This document shows positions 35,789-45,178 of a stretch of 64,000 nucleotides of DNA, one piece after another; positions within the stretch are counted from its first letter, which is position 1; every line of letters starts with the position of its first letter. The notes under the pieces are model-generated. The model worked only from the letters and a program-made list of their open reading frames with translations, had not been told where the DNA came from and did not search any database. Source of the stretch: an uncultured bacterium (GTDB lineage Bacteria; Fidelibacterota; UBA2242; JAFGTP01); assembly GCA_964498725.1 (NCBI GenBank), contig CAZCHS010000005.1, forward strand, positions 14,374 through 78,373, written 5' to 3'. The translations under genes were made by a program, and so were the position numbers.

Positions 35789-36710
35789 TGTCATTATACC
35801 CGCTTATAATGTTGAAAATACCATCGAAAATCTACTAAACTCGCTATTCAAACAGAGTTTCTCAAGAGAAAAAACCGAGATAATTGTGGTTGATGATTGT
35901 TCCACAGACAATACCCTGGATATTCTGACCAATCTCAAACATGAGCATAATTTCAATGTATTCTCACACGAAACCAATAAGGGATTGGCAGCCGCCAGAA
36001 ATACCGGCATAAAGAATTGTTCCGGGAAAATTTTAATATTTATTGATTCCGATATGGTGGTTGGTGATCACTATATTGAAAATCATGTTAATTTTCATAA
36101 TAACCGCCAGGTGGCCGGTGTTGTGGGCGGAATTATTCCCAATGAAAATTTGAAATACGACAAATATCAGCGCTATCTTTATGAAACAAAACGCGGCGCT
36201 AAAAAACATACTCCCGAAAAATCCCTGCCTTATTATGTCTTCTTATTTAATAATTCCTCCATTAAGCGGGAGGTTATCGAAAACTGTGGCATGTTTGATG
36301 AAAATATTAAAGTTTATGGCGGTGAAGATACAGAATTCGCTTATCGTATTCATCAAAAATATCCCGTTGGATTGTTTTGTTCCTATTCACTAAATGTTGT
36401 TCATGACCACTATCGCAGTTTGAACAGCGCGCTGAATAATCTGCATGAATTCGCAAGAATCAATATTCCTTACCTGGTCAATAAACATCCGGGGATGTCA
36501 CAACTTTACAAATTAAAATATGTTGATAAAACGTTTGATAACAGCACTGTTTTCCATCGAGTTTTGGGCGGGATAGTTCGGCTGAAAACTTTTTATGGCA
36601 TTAACAAACTCTTTTATCGAATGTCACCCTATCCTGTTTCCAATTTTTTTCTCAAGGCGCTAATGGGCCACAAACTTTTCTCAGGCGCGAAAAAAGGCCT
36701 GCGGGAATGA
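35772..36710 (+). CDS. family 2 glycosyltransferase
   Basis: 312 aa, with VSVIIPAYNVENTIENLLNSLFKQSF...IIVVDDCSTDNT and FIDSDM (DxD). Confidence 0.85.
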   Translation: MFPRVSVIIPAYNVENTIENLLNSLFKQSFSREKTEIIVVDDCSTDNTLDILTNLKHEHNFNVFSHETNKGLAAARNTGIKNCSGKILIFIDSDMVVGDHYIENHVNFHNNRQVAGVVGGIIPNENLKYDKYQRYLYETKRGAKKHTPEKSLPYYVFLFNNSSIKREVIENCGMFDENIKVYGGEDTEFAYRIHQKYPVGLFCSYSLNVVHDHYRSLNSALNNLHEFARINIPYLVNKHPGMSQLYKLKYVDKTFDNSTVFHRVLGGIVRLKTFYGINKLFYRMSPYPVSNFFLKALMGHKLFSGAKKGLRE

Positions 36711-37423
36711 ATCTGATACTCTTTGAAAAGGAAGAAATCGGTTCAACCCTTCCCGGTTATGATCCCCGCGCCAAACATTTACGGCGTACCTTGCGGTTTC
36801 GGGAAGGTGATCAGTTCCAGGCCGGCATAGTCAATGGAGACATTGGTATTGCAACAATTATTACCCTGAACAAATCGGAACTAATTATTGATTTTCAGGC
36901 AATCCGGGCAAAACCGACTCCCTATCCGGTAATTTTGGCAGTTGGACTGACCCGCCCGCAAATCGCCAAACATATCATGCGGGAAAGCGCCTCCATGGGA
37001 ATTGAACAACTGTGGTTTTATCCCACAGAATTAGGGGAAAAGTCCTACCTGGACAGTGATTATTGGCAGCAAAAAAATTACCGGACACAATTGATCAAGG
37101 GCGCCGGCCAGGGGGCCACATCAAATCTGCCAGAGGTTAAGATTTTACCCTCACTGAAGAAGGTATTCGCGGACATGCCGGAAAATTATGAACGGATTTG
37201 CCTGGATAATGTTCGACCGGAAAATTTCCTCTCCGATTATCATATTTCCAAACAAAGGGTTGTTCTGTTACTGGGCTCCGAAAGAGGATTCACTGAAAAT
37301 GAACGGGATCGGATTGAAGTCGAGAGATTTTCCCTGGTGCAGATGGGAGAGCGGATTTTGCGCACCGATACGGCCTGCATCGCCGGTCTTACACTGGTCT
37401 TATCAAAATTGGGAAAGATGTGA
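36707..37423 (+). CDS. rsmE: 16S rRNA (uracil1498-N3)-methyltransferase
   Basis: 238 aa. It has a PUA-like N-terminus and a SPOUT C-terminus: LLLGSERGFTENE ... GERILRTDTACIAGLTLV. Confidence 0.8.
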   Translation: MNLILFEKEEIGSTLPGYDPRAKHLRRTLRFREGDQFQAGIVNGDIGIATIITLNKSELIIDFQAIRAKPTPYPVILAVGLTRPQIAKHIMRESASMGIEQLWFYPTELGEKSYLDSDYWQQKNYRTQLIKGAGQGATSNLPEVKILPSLKKVFADMPENYERICLDNVRPENFLSDYHISKQRVVLLLGSERGFTENERDRIEVERFSLVQMGERILRTDTACIAGLTLVLSKLGKM

Positions 37424-37567
37424 ATCACCAAGAAGATTTATCTTAATCAATTTTATTGGAAATTTTGACCGCCATAAACTATCAAAAGCTTCATTTTATA
37501 GATTGTTAATCAGCCATTTAGATAGTAAATTTGCCGGAATAATTTAAAATTATAAAATGGAGATAAT

Positions 37568-38647
37568 ATGCAAATCGGAATCGTCGGCTTACCCTATTCG
37601 GGGAAAAGTACAATTTTTTCTACTTTAACCAACCATAAATCTGAGGATTTTGCCACCAAAAATAAAACAGAAATAGGAATGGTAAAAGTACCTGATCCGC
37701 GCCTTGACGCTTTGGCAGATATCTTTCAACCCAATAAAAAAACAGAAACCACTATCGAATATATCAAAGTTCCCGGCCTGGAAGCGGAAGAAGCCGCCAG
37801 CGGAAGTTTGCCGCCCCAATTCATCGGCAACCTGAAAAACGTTGACGCTATGTTGCTGATGGTAAGAAATTTTGATAATGAGATGTATCCCCACCCTTTT
37901 GAAAGAATTGATCCCGCCGAAGATATTGAATTTGTCAATTCGGAATTTTTGCTTTCTGATCTGGCAATTCTAGAAACCCGGATTGAAAAACTGGAAAAGT
38001 CCATCATGAAAATGAATAAGCCGGAAGAAAAAAAAGAACTGGAACTGCTGAATAAATGCAAAACTCATTTGGAATCAGAACAGCCCTTACGGTTAATGGA
38101 GTTCTATCCGGAAGAAGAGAAACAGCTGCGTGGTTTTCAATTTCTGAGTTTGAAACCCATAGTCTACGTTATCAATATCAATGAAAAGGATATTCCCAAC
38201 AAAGAAGCCATTATCCAAAAATATGAACCCCTGTTAACACCGAAAACCGCACTGACTGCCCTCTGCGCGGAAATTGAAAAAGAAATTTCCGAATTGGAAG
38301 CCGATGAACAGGAAATGTTCATGGAAGAACTGGGTATCAAAGAACCGGCCCTTAATAATGTCATTCGTAAATCCTATGAGTTGCTGGGGCTGATCTCGTT
38401 TTTTACCGTTGGTGAAGATGAATGTCGTTCCTGGACCGTGAAAGAAAGGGCCAAAGCCCCGGAAGCCGGCGGCCAGATTCACAGTGATATTGAGCGGGGG
38501 TTTATTCGCGCCACTGTTGTACCCTATGAGGAATTTATGCAACACAAATCCCTGAAAGCCTGTAAAGATGCCGGCGTGCTTGGTCTTGAAGGCAAGGAAT
38601 ATGTGGTTAAAGATGGTGATATTATGGAATTCCGCTTCAACGTCTAA
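37568..38647 (+). CDS. ychF: redox-regulated ATPase YchF
   Basis: 359 aa. It begins MQIGIVGLPYSGKSTIFSTLT and has a C-terminal TGS-like block GQIHSDIERGFIRATVV ... KDGDIMEFRFNV. Confidence 0.95.
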   Translation: MQIGIVGLPYSGKSTIFSTLTNHKSEDFATKNKTEIGMVKVPDPRLDALADIFQPNKKTETTIEYIKVPGLEAEEAASGSLPPQFIGNLKNVDAMLLMVRNFDNEMYPHPFERIDPAEDIEFVNSEFLLSDLAILETRIEKLEKSIMKMNKPEEKKELELLNKCKTHLESEQPLRLMEFYPEEEKQLRGFQFLSLKPIVYVININEKDIPNKEAIIQKYEPLLTPKTALTALCAEIEKEISELEADEQEMFMEELGIKEPALNNVIRKSYELLGLISFFTVGEDECRSWTVKERAKAPEAGGQIHSDIERGFIRATVVPYEEFMQHKSLKACKDAGVLGLEGKEYVVKDGDIMEFRFNV

Positions 38648-38721
38648 ATTTCCAAATAAGCAGACAATAAAATGGTTTTTCTAAATATCAGAGGTAATTA
38701 CACCGGAGAGCCGGCTTACAA

Positions 38722-39117
38722 TCAGACCTTGTCCAGGTTTAAATCTCCATAAATTTTAATTACATTACCGTCTCTTTCTACATCCAGTTCCCTGTCGGGA
38801 AATTCTTGCGGCAACATTTCTTCCAGTTTTTTCATCGCAATCTCGTCAACTTTTTCCTGGATTTCATCGGAGACTTTTTCCAGTGTTACGATCTTGACCT
38901 TTAATACATAGCCGCGGCCAAGCTCCGACCCTAAACCCAATGTGAAATTTGCAGTGACATCAAAAAGACCGTCCATGGATTTACTTGAGGTTTCACCGCG
39001 TTCCGGGCGCACCGGATGCAGACTGTATTTATTGCCAAATTTATCTTCTAATGTATCATCGATGTGATCCAGGATATTGCGCAGTTTCTTTTCCCATTTT
39101 TCCAATCTGTTTGCCAT
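38722..39117 (-). CDS. hypothetical protein (131 aa)
   Basis: I prefer the internal ATG at 39117 (MANRLEKWEKKL...). It is preceded by GAAAGGAATAAAAACA, a purine-rich RBS-like stretch. The 48 upstream codons of the tracked ORF run into AT-rich intergenic sequence. No family recognised. Confidence 0.45.
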   Translation of the reverse strand: MANRLEKWEKKLRNILDHIDDTLEDKFGNKYSLHPVRPERGETSSKSMDGLFDVTANFTLGLGSELGRGYVLKVKIVTLEKVSDEIQEKVDEIAMKKLEEMLPQEFPDRELDVERDGNVIKIYGDLNLDKV

Positions 39118-39628
39118 TGTTTTTATTCCTTTCTTTTCGATTTTACAATTACTGTATAAACTTATCAGTTGATACCGAAAAATTCCAAAAGAATTATTTT
39201 CCTGGATTTTTATTTGGGAAGCAGGTTGAAGCCTATTGATTGTAATCGTTTTATATCTCATTGAAAAGGAACAGAGTGTTCATCCAAAACAAACCAGCCT
39301 CATCAAATCCCATGTACAGATTTAAAACAATGTCTAATTTTCAACAATGTGGAATTGATTTAATGAAAACTCAATAATTTTATTAAATTTCCTCAAATCT
39401 TAATAAGCACTTACAATTTTTTACGATATAAACAGTAGAAATTCCCCGCATTGTAAACGGTGCTAAAAATTTACACACAACAACAGAATCATCAGCAACA
39501 AAACACAAATATTTGTTTTTAATATATTTAGTTTAAATGGCATAGTAATTGGCATTGAATTAAGCGAAAATGATTAAACGATATTTTAAAAAAGTGATAA
39601 CGGATAATTTTTAACAGAGAGGTTTATT

Positions 39629-40135
39629 ATGAAAAAACTTTTGGCAACAACAGCAATACTTTTAATCCTGGCAACAAGCGTGTTTGCACAGTACACACCG
39701 GCAGCTCCTGACCAAGTATCACAAATGGTATCCATGGCCTGTGTTTTTGAAAAGAACATTTCCACCCAAACAGAGTGCAACATTTATGTTTATAATAGTC
39801 CGGATATTCAGAAAGCAATCCAGAGTTTTAAAGGCCAGAAACTCGGTAATGCAACTTTGAAATCCCTAACATCGGGAAGTACCGTTCCCAGTTTAAAACC
39901 GGACATCATCTTAATCGGTGATGAAGCCAATTTCGTTGAAATACTCAGTTACTGCAATGACAATGATGTATTGAGTATGACAAACATACCGGACCTGGTA
40001 AAAAAAGGCGTTACATTGGGAATGGGTATTGACGGATCAGGATCACCAAAACTTTTAATCAATCCGGATGGTGTTGCCGAACAGGGCAAAAACTTTAATC
40101 CGGCAATTATGAAAATGGCAAAAGTCTTCAAATAA
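39629..40135 (+). CDS. secreted YfiR/DUF4154-like protein (tentative)
   Basis: 168 aa with a signal peptide (ILATSVFAQ). The C-terminal PKLLINPDGVAEQGKNFNPAIMKMAKVF resembles the feIN...gl.is..LL.lA ending of the DUF4154 family as I recall it. Confidence 0.4.
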   Translation: MKKLLATTAILLILATSVFAQYTPAAPDQVSQMVSMACVFEKNISTQTECNIYVYNSPDIQKAIQSFKGQKLGNATLKSLTSGSTVPSLKPDIILIGDEANFVEILSYCNDNDVLSMTNIPDLVKKGVTLGMGIDGSGSPKLLINPDGVAEQGKNFNPAIMKMAKVFK

Positions 40136-40163
40136 ACCTATCCGTTTAATCACTACACACAAA

Positions 40164-40198
40164 GGAGCAGTCCCGCCCGGGATTGCTCCTTTTTTTTT
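40164..40198 (+). terminator. intrinsic terminator
   Basis: GGAGCAGTCCCG cc CGGGATTGCTCC forms a 12-bp stem with one G-T pair. It is followed by nine T. Confidence 0.8.
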
Positions 40199-40268
40199 AT
40201 AGCCCGCAACCAAAGACTTGTTATTCCTCCCAAACTGTATTATTTTAAAAAACAAATCAGGACAAAGA

Positions 40269-43200
40269 ATGACCAGAAGATATCTATTTATTTTCCTGCT
40301 GATTGCCGCTGCTTTGCTGGGGGACTTTACCAAAACCTACCATTTTTCCAAAGATGACCTCATCATTACATCCCGGCAGAATTTCCATCTTGTAAAAATG
40401 AAAAATTTTGAACAAACCGCCCGGCCGGGAGTGCCGCAAATGCCCTTTCTGATTGACCACCTGAATATTGATCATCAATGCGTTGACTCCCTTATTATTG
40501 TCAATGCTAATTATCAGAAAATTACCGGAAAATTCAATTTGTTTCCCGTACAAAAACCGGCCATTCTATCCCGTCCTGCCGGTTCCTTTCAGGCAAAATT
40601 ATTACCATCAATGACTCAATTCCCCAATCAACCGGCAGAATTGCTGCACACTGGAAAAATTGCCGGACAATTAATTACTTCAGCAAGGATATTCCCTCTG
40701 CATTATAATGGGCAAAAGCAGGAATTGTCCCTGCTGAAAGATATTACCCTGAAATTTATAACCCGGCCGGCTGCCTTAAGCAAAGCCAGCCATATCCTGA
40801 CTCCCCAGCATAAAAAAATAATTGATCATCTCACTTATTCCAATAGTAATCAACATTCCTCATCTTCCGGCACTGATAAACAGGAATACATCATAATCAC
40901 GTCACAATCCCTGGAACCCTGTTTCCGGCCCCTGGCTGAGTGGAAAATGAAAAAAGGCCTTGCTACTGCAATTATGACAACAGAAGTGATTGATTCCCTT
41001 TATAGCGGCGTTGATTTGCAGGAGAAAATCCGCAATTTTATCAAAGAATCTCATCATGAAAAATCAAGTTCCTGGATTTTGCTGGGTGGTGATACGAATA
41101 TCATCCCGGAGCGAAAGGCCTGGGCCTTTGATTGTGAAGCCGATTATGCGGAAGACGAAAATGATATTCCCTGTGACCTCTACTATTCGGACCTTGATGG
41201 CACCTGGAATGACGATGGCGATGATATTTTTGGAGAAGTGGAAGATTCCATTGACATTTATCCTGATGTTTTTGTCGGCCGCGCACCGGTGGAAAATAGA
41301 CATGAGGCAGCCGCTTTTGTAACCAAACTTTTAGCCTACGAAAAGGCAATCAATCGCGATTATCAGACCAATATGCTATTTCTCGCACAGGTTCTCTGGG
41401 GAAGCCCCTACACAGACTCCGGTGAAAGCAAAGACCTTATTGATGAGCGCTATGTGCCGGAGCGGTACGATCCTATCACCAAACTTTATCAATCAAATAA
41501 CAATGTCAGTACCGCCGCAATTTTGGAGGAAATTAACAAGGGCGCCAACCTTATTAACCACAATGGCCACGCCTGGTTCAGCATCATGAGCGTTGGCAAC
41601 GGTGCTCTGGGCTATAATGAAATGCGCAATCTTACCAATCAAAATAAATATGGAATTATTTACAGTATCGGGTGCTGGCCGGCGGCATTTGACAAGGATG
41701 CTGTAGCCGAGGATTTTATTACCAATCCCAATGGCGGCGGTGTTGCTTTTATTGGCAATTCCAGGTACGGCTGGGGCAGTCCGGGAAATCCGCTATTTGG
41801 CTATTCCGACCGCTTCGACCAGGAATTTTTCAGGCAGCTCTTTCATAATGACATTCATCATATCGGCGCTACCCTGGCGGCGACAAAAGCCTTTTACGCC
41901 CCGCTATCCGCCCGGGAAAATGTCTATCGCTGGTGTCAATACGAACTCAATTTACTGGGGGACCCGGAAATGATGATCTTTACAGATATTCCAAAAGATA
42001 TCTCCCTGGAATTCCCCCGCACCATCGGTGAGGGTGAACAGCAATTTACGATTCTGGCGACTGATGAATCAGGTCCGGTTCCCCATTGTACTGTTTGCCT
42101 CTATCAACCGGAAGGACTTTATTATGTTGAAAAGACCGGCGCGGATGGCGTGGTAAATTTTACCGGTACAGTATCCAATACATCCGATAAAATTTATCTC
42201 ACTGCAACTGCCCATAACTATGTGCCTTTTGAGGATTCCTTACAGGTTAGTATGGAAACGGCCTTTCTGACGCCAACCCGCATTTCCCATTCTGGTTTAT
42301 TAAACGGAACAAAAAAAATATGGCAGGAGATTGCCCTGACCGTTGACCTGCTCAATACCGGCCGGGACACATCAAAATCCGTACTCCTGAAACTCTCATC
42401 AGAAAACGCAAACATCCAGTTAATCGATAGTATTGCCAGTACAGACATTCTGATGCCGGAAGATTCCTGTAGATTTACGGATGCTTTTCGTTTTCAGGTC
42501 AACGCAGATTTTGCTTATGATGAGATTTTTAACTTTACCCTGAATATCCAGGACCAATTGAGACATCACTGGCGCCATCATTTTTCCATTAGGCCGGAAA
42601 TACCGGCATTATCCATTGAAAATTTCATTGTCCGGCAAAAACAATTAATGCCCGGCGATCGGACGGACGGACTCATGATCATTAAAAATATTGGCAGCGG
42701 CTTCTGCGCTCCCTATGATTTCACCCTGAACAGCACCCATGCTTTTGAGATCGTCAATCACACCCATTATCCCAAAGGATTGGCGGCCGGTTGTTGCGAT
42801 AGTATCTACCTGTCCATTCATTTATCAGAAAGTCTGGACACCCTTCAATATTTGTCCGAAAAAATAATTTTTACAACGGAACAGGGTTTTCAAATGTCGG
42901 ATACGATTCATTTAAATATCGGTAACTTTGGTATGGAAGAGGATTTTGAGCGAGAGGATTTCCTTTCAAACTGGCGCTTTTATGACCAGAAGAAAAATCA
43001 GTGGCACCGCTCATCGCTGCGAAAGAATTCCGGCGATTACGCTCTCTACTGCGGTGATGAAGAGGATCAAATTTACGATACAACAATCGAGGAAAATATT
43101 TTGGAATCGGACTGGTTTTATCCCGGCAAAGAAGGCCGCCTCAGTTTTTATTGCTGGTATGAATTTCCCAATTACGGCACCAGCGGCATGTCGGTGGAAG

Positions 43201-43721
43201 TCTATAATGAAGGCGAGTGGGAACCATTGGATTTCATTGGCAGCGGCGGCGCCCTGGGAATACTGCCCACCGGCAATGACTGGCTGAAATATAACTATGA
43301 CCTCACTTTTCTGCCGGACAATAAAAAATCAAAATTAAGATTTTCTGTGACAATTGATCCCTGGGAAATGCCTACCGAAGGTATTTATATCGATGATATT
43401 CAGGTGGCGGATACCCGCATGAATTTTACAGGATTGACCCCTGAAACCAGCGTGCCGGAATCCTATCGTCTCTATCAGAATTTTCCCAATCCCTTCAATC
43501 CCGCCACAACCATAAAATTTACTCTGCCGCGCCTGGAAAAAGTAAACCTGTCGGTTTACAATTTACGTGGTGAATTGATTACAGTAATCGTCAATCACAC
43601 TTTACCCGCCGGCGATCATCAGGTGAAATGGTCTGTTAAAAATCTTTCATCGGGGATTTATTTTTATAAATTAGAGGCAGGCCATTACACAGCCGTGAAA
43701 AAAAGTATTTATTTAAAATAG
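40269..43721 (+). CDS. gingipain-like cysteine peptidase (family C25) with C-terminal T9SS-type sorting domain
   Basis: The signal peptide reads MTRRYLFIFLLIAAALLG. The C25 core includes ILLGGDTNIIPER, DLYYSDLDGTWN, VFVGRAPV, the His region INHNGHAW and the Cys region YSIGCWPAAFD. The C-terminus is LYQNFPNPFNPATTIKFTLP...GIYFYKLEAG...IYLK. The ATG at 40269 is preferred over the TTG at 40218. Confidence 0.8.
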   Translation: MTRRYLFIFLLIAAALLGDFTKTYHFSKDDLIITSRQNFHLVKMKNFEQTARPGVPQMPFLIDHLNIDHQCVDSLIIVNANYQKITGKFNLFPVQKPAILSRPAGSFQAKLLPSMTQFPNQPAELLHTGKIAGQLITSARIFPLHYNGQKQELSLLKDITLKFITRPAALSKASHILTPQHKKIIDHLTYSNSNQHSSSSGTDKQEYIIITSQSLEPCFRPLAEWKMKKGLATAIMTTEVIDSLYSGVDLQEKIRNFIKESHHEKSSSWILLGGDTNIIPERKAWAFDCEADYAEDENDIPCDLYYSDLDGTWNDDGDDIFGEVEDSIDIYPDVFVGRAPVENRHEAAAFVTKLLAYEKAINRDYQTNMLFLAQVLWGSPYTDSGESKDLIDERYVPERYDPITKLYQSNNNVSTAAILEEINKGANLINHNGHAWFSIMSVGNGALGYNEMRNLTNQNKYGIIYSIGCWPAAFDKDAVAEDFITNPNGGGVAFIGNSRYGWGSPGNPLFGYSDRFDQEFFRQLFHNDIHHIGATLAATKAFYAPLSARENVYRWCQYELNLLGDPEMMIFTDIPKDISLEFPRTIGEGEQQFTILATDESGPVPHCTVCLYQPEGLYYVEKTGADGVVNFTGTVSNTSDKIYLTATAHNYVPFEDSLQVSMETAFLTPTRISHSGLLNGTKKIWQEIALTVDLLNTGRDTSKSVLLKLSSENANIQLIDSIASTDILMPEDSCRFTDAFRFQVNADFAYDEIFNFTLNIQDQLRHHWRHHFSIRPEIPALSIENFIVRQKQLMPGDRTDGLMIIKNIGSGFCAPYDFTLNSTHAFEIVNHTHYPKGLAAGCCDSIYLSIHLSESLDTLQYLSEKIIFTTEQGFQMSDTIHLNIGNFGMEEDFEREDFLSNWRFYDQKKNQWHRSSLRKNSGDYALYCGDEEDQIYDTTIEENILESDWFYPGKEGRLSFYCWYEFPNYGTSGMSVEVYNEGEWEPLDFIGSGGALGILPTGNDWLKYNYDLTFLPDNKKSKLRFSVTIDPWEMPTEGIYIDDIQVADTRMNFTGLTPETSVPESYRLYQNFPNPFNPATTIKFTLPRLEKVNLSVYNLRGELITVIVNHTLPAGDHQVKWSVKNLSSGIYFYKLEAGHYTAVKKSIYLK

Positions 43722-43729
43722 AGGATATT

Positions 43730-44368
43730 ATGACAACAACTTTTTCAACACTAAATGTGATCAATCATCCCCTGATCAAAAACAAATTAGCCAAAATTCG
43801 CAGTAAAGAAACCACAACCTTTGATTTTCGCTCCACTCTCAATGAAATCGCATCCCTGATGGTTTATGAAATCACCCGGGAACTGCCAACAGAAAAGAAA
43901 ATCATTGAAACACCCCTGGAAAAAACAGAATGCGAAGTAATGACCAAAGCCATTACCCTGGTACCCATTCTGCGGGCCGGGCTGGGAATGGTGGAAGGCA
44001 TTCTTCAGCTGATCCCCAACGCGCGGGTCGGGCATATCGGCCTTTACCGGGATGAAGAATCCCTGGAACCGGTGGAATATTACAAAAAATTTCCTTCTAA
44101 TATGCCGGACTCCAAGATCATTATGATCGATCCCATGCTGGCTACCGGGGGGAGCGGGTCTGCCGCTCTCAATTTTATCAAAAAATCCGGTGGCAAGGAT
44201 ATCTCTTTTGTCTGTTTGGTAGCGGCCCCGGAAGGTGTCAAACGGATTATCAAAGAACACCCTGATGTGCCGATCTATACCGCTGCTTTTGATCGCGAAC
44301 TCAATGAGAAAGCCTACATTCTGCCCGGCCTGGGTGACGCCGGTGATAGAATATACGGGACTGAATAA
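43730..44368 (+). CDS. upp: uracil phosphoribosyltransferase
   Basis: 212 aa, with NHPLIKNKLAKIRSKETTT, VPILRAGLGM, the PRPP loop MIDPMLATGGS and YILPGLGDAGDRIYGT. Confidence 0.95.
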   Translation: MTTTFSTLNVINHPLIKNKLAKIRSKETTTFDFRSTLNEIASLMVYEITRELPTEKKIIETPLEKTECEVMTKAITLVPILRAGLGMVEGILQLIPNARVGHIGLYRDEESLEPVEYYKKFPSNMPDSKIIMIDPMLATGGSGSAALNFIKKSGGKDISFVCLVAAPEGVKRIIKEHPDVPIYTAAFDRELNEKAYILPGLGDAGDRIYGTE

Positions 44369-44371
44369 TTT

Positions 44372-45010
44372 ATGGATATTGTTCGGGATATTACAAAGAT
44401 CGCCAAAACCTATTTCCGGAATTCCCGGGGCTCCCATGACTGAGAACATTCCGAACGGGTGATGAAACTGGCCCGGCATTTGGCAATCGCAGAAGAGGCC
44501 GACCAGCGGGTTGTCCAACTGGCGGCCATTCTTCATGACATTGGCCGCAAAACCCAGGACGAATCCAACGGCCAGCTTTGCCATGCCGAAGAAGGAGCAA
44601 AATTAGCGCGGGATATTTTGGATAATTATGAACTGGCAAAAAATGTCAAAGAGAACATTGTCCACTGTATCAAAACCCATCGCTTTCGCAATGCTCACAA
44701 ACCGGAAACCATCGAAGCTAAGGTATTGTACGATGCGGATAAACTGGATTCCATCGGCGCTGTGGGAATTGGCCGCGCTTTTCTCTTTGCCGGCGAAATT
44801 GGCGCGAAATTACACAACAAAGATGCAGATATCAGCAAAACAAAAGCCTATACCAAAGAGGATACCGCCTACCGGGAATTCATAGTTAAATTGTCAAAAG
44901 TAAAAGAGCGTATGCTGACCCCGGCCGGCCGCAAAATAGCTCTTGAGCGCCATAATTTTATGGTCTGTTATTTTGACCGGTTAAACCTGGAGGTGGAAGG
45001 AAAAATTTAA
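44372..45010 (+). pseudogene. HD-domain phosphohydrolase interrupted by an in-frame TGA at 44441-44443
   Basis: Reading from the ATG at 44372 gives MDIVRDITKIAKTYFRNSRGSHD[TGA]EHSERVMKLARHLAIAEEADQRVVQLAAILHDIGR. The sequence is continuous with tracked ORF 44459-45010. The stop falls where homologues have an aromatic residue (GSHDW/FxHxxRV, from memory). Confidence 0.7.
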
Positions 45011-45178
45011 GAAAATCACATTGAATAATTGACATCTTTAAGATCAACAGATAAATTATTAAATACATTATTTTTAGAAAGATAGTCTTTCTGAAAAGAC
45101 ATAAAATGCGGTAATCACACAAATATTTGCAAATTTTTTTGTATTTGCACCAACAACAAAACCGGGATATCAAGGATT

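Noticed and set aside
40218-40268. The TTG start at 40218 would extend the C25 protease by 17 codons.
   Set aside because: The extension (MLFLPNCIILKNKSGQR) precedes a perfectly good ATG-initiated signal peptide (MTRRYLFIFLLIAAALLG). It also begins only 20 nt after the upstream terminator's T-run.
44441-44443. The organism might use an alternative genetic code with TGA as Trp or Gly (code 4 or 25).
   Set aside because: TGA terminates several well-conserved genes at their expected ends in this window. Examples are ade at 5535-5537, rsmE at 37421-37423, the GT2 at 36708-36710 and the Wzi-like gene at 33541-33543. The HD-gene TGA is therefore a local event.
43787-44584. A 265-aa minus-strand ORF overlaps upp and the HD-domain gene.
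   Set aside because: It is antisense to two genes with clear family signatures. Its sequence is Gly/Pro/Phe-rich shadow-frame-like and has no motif.
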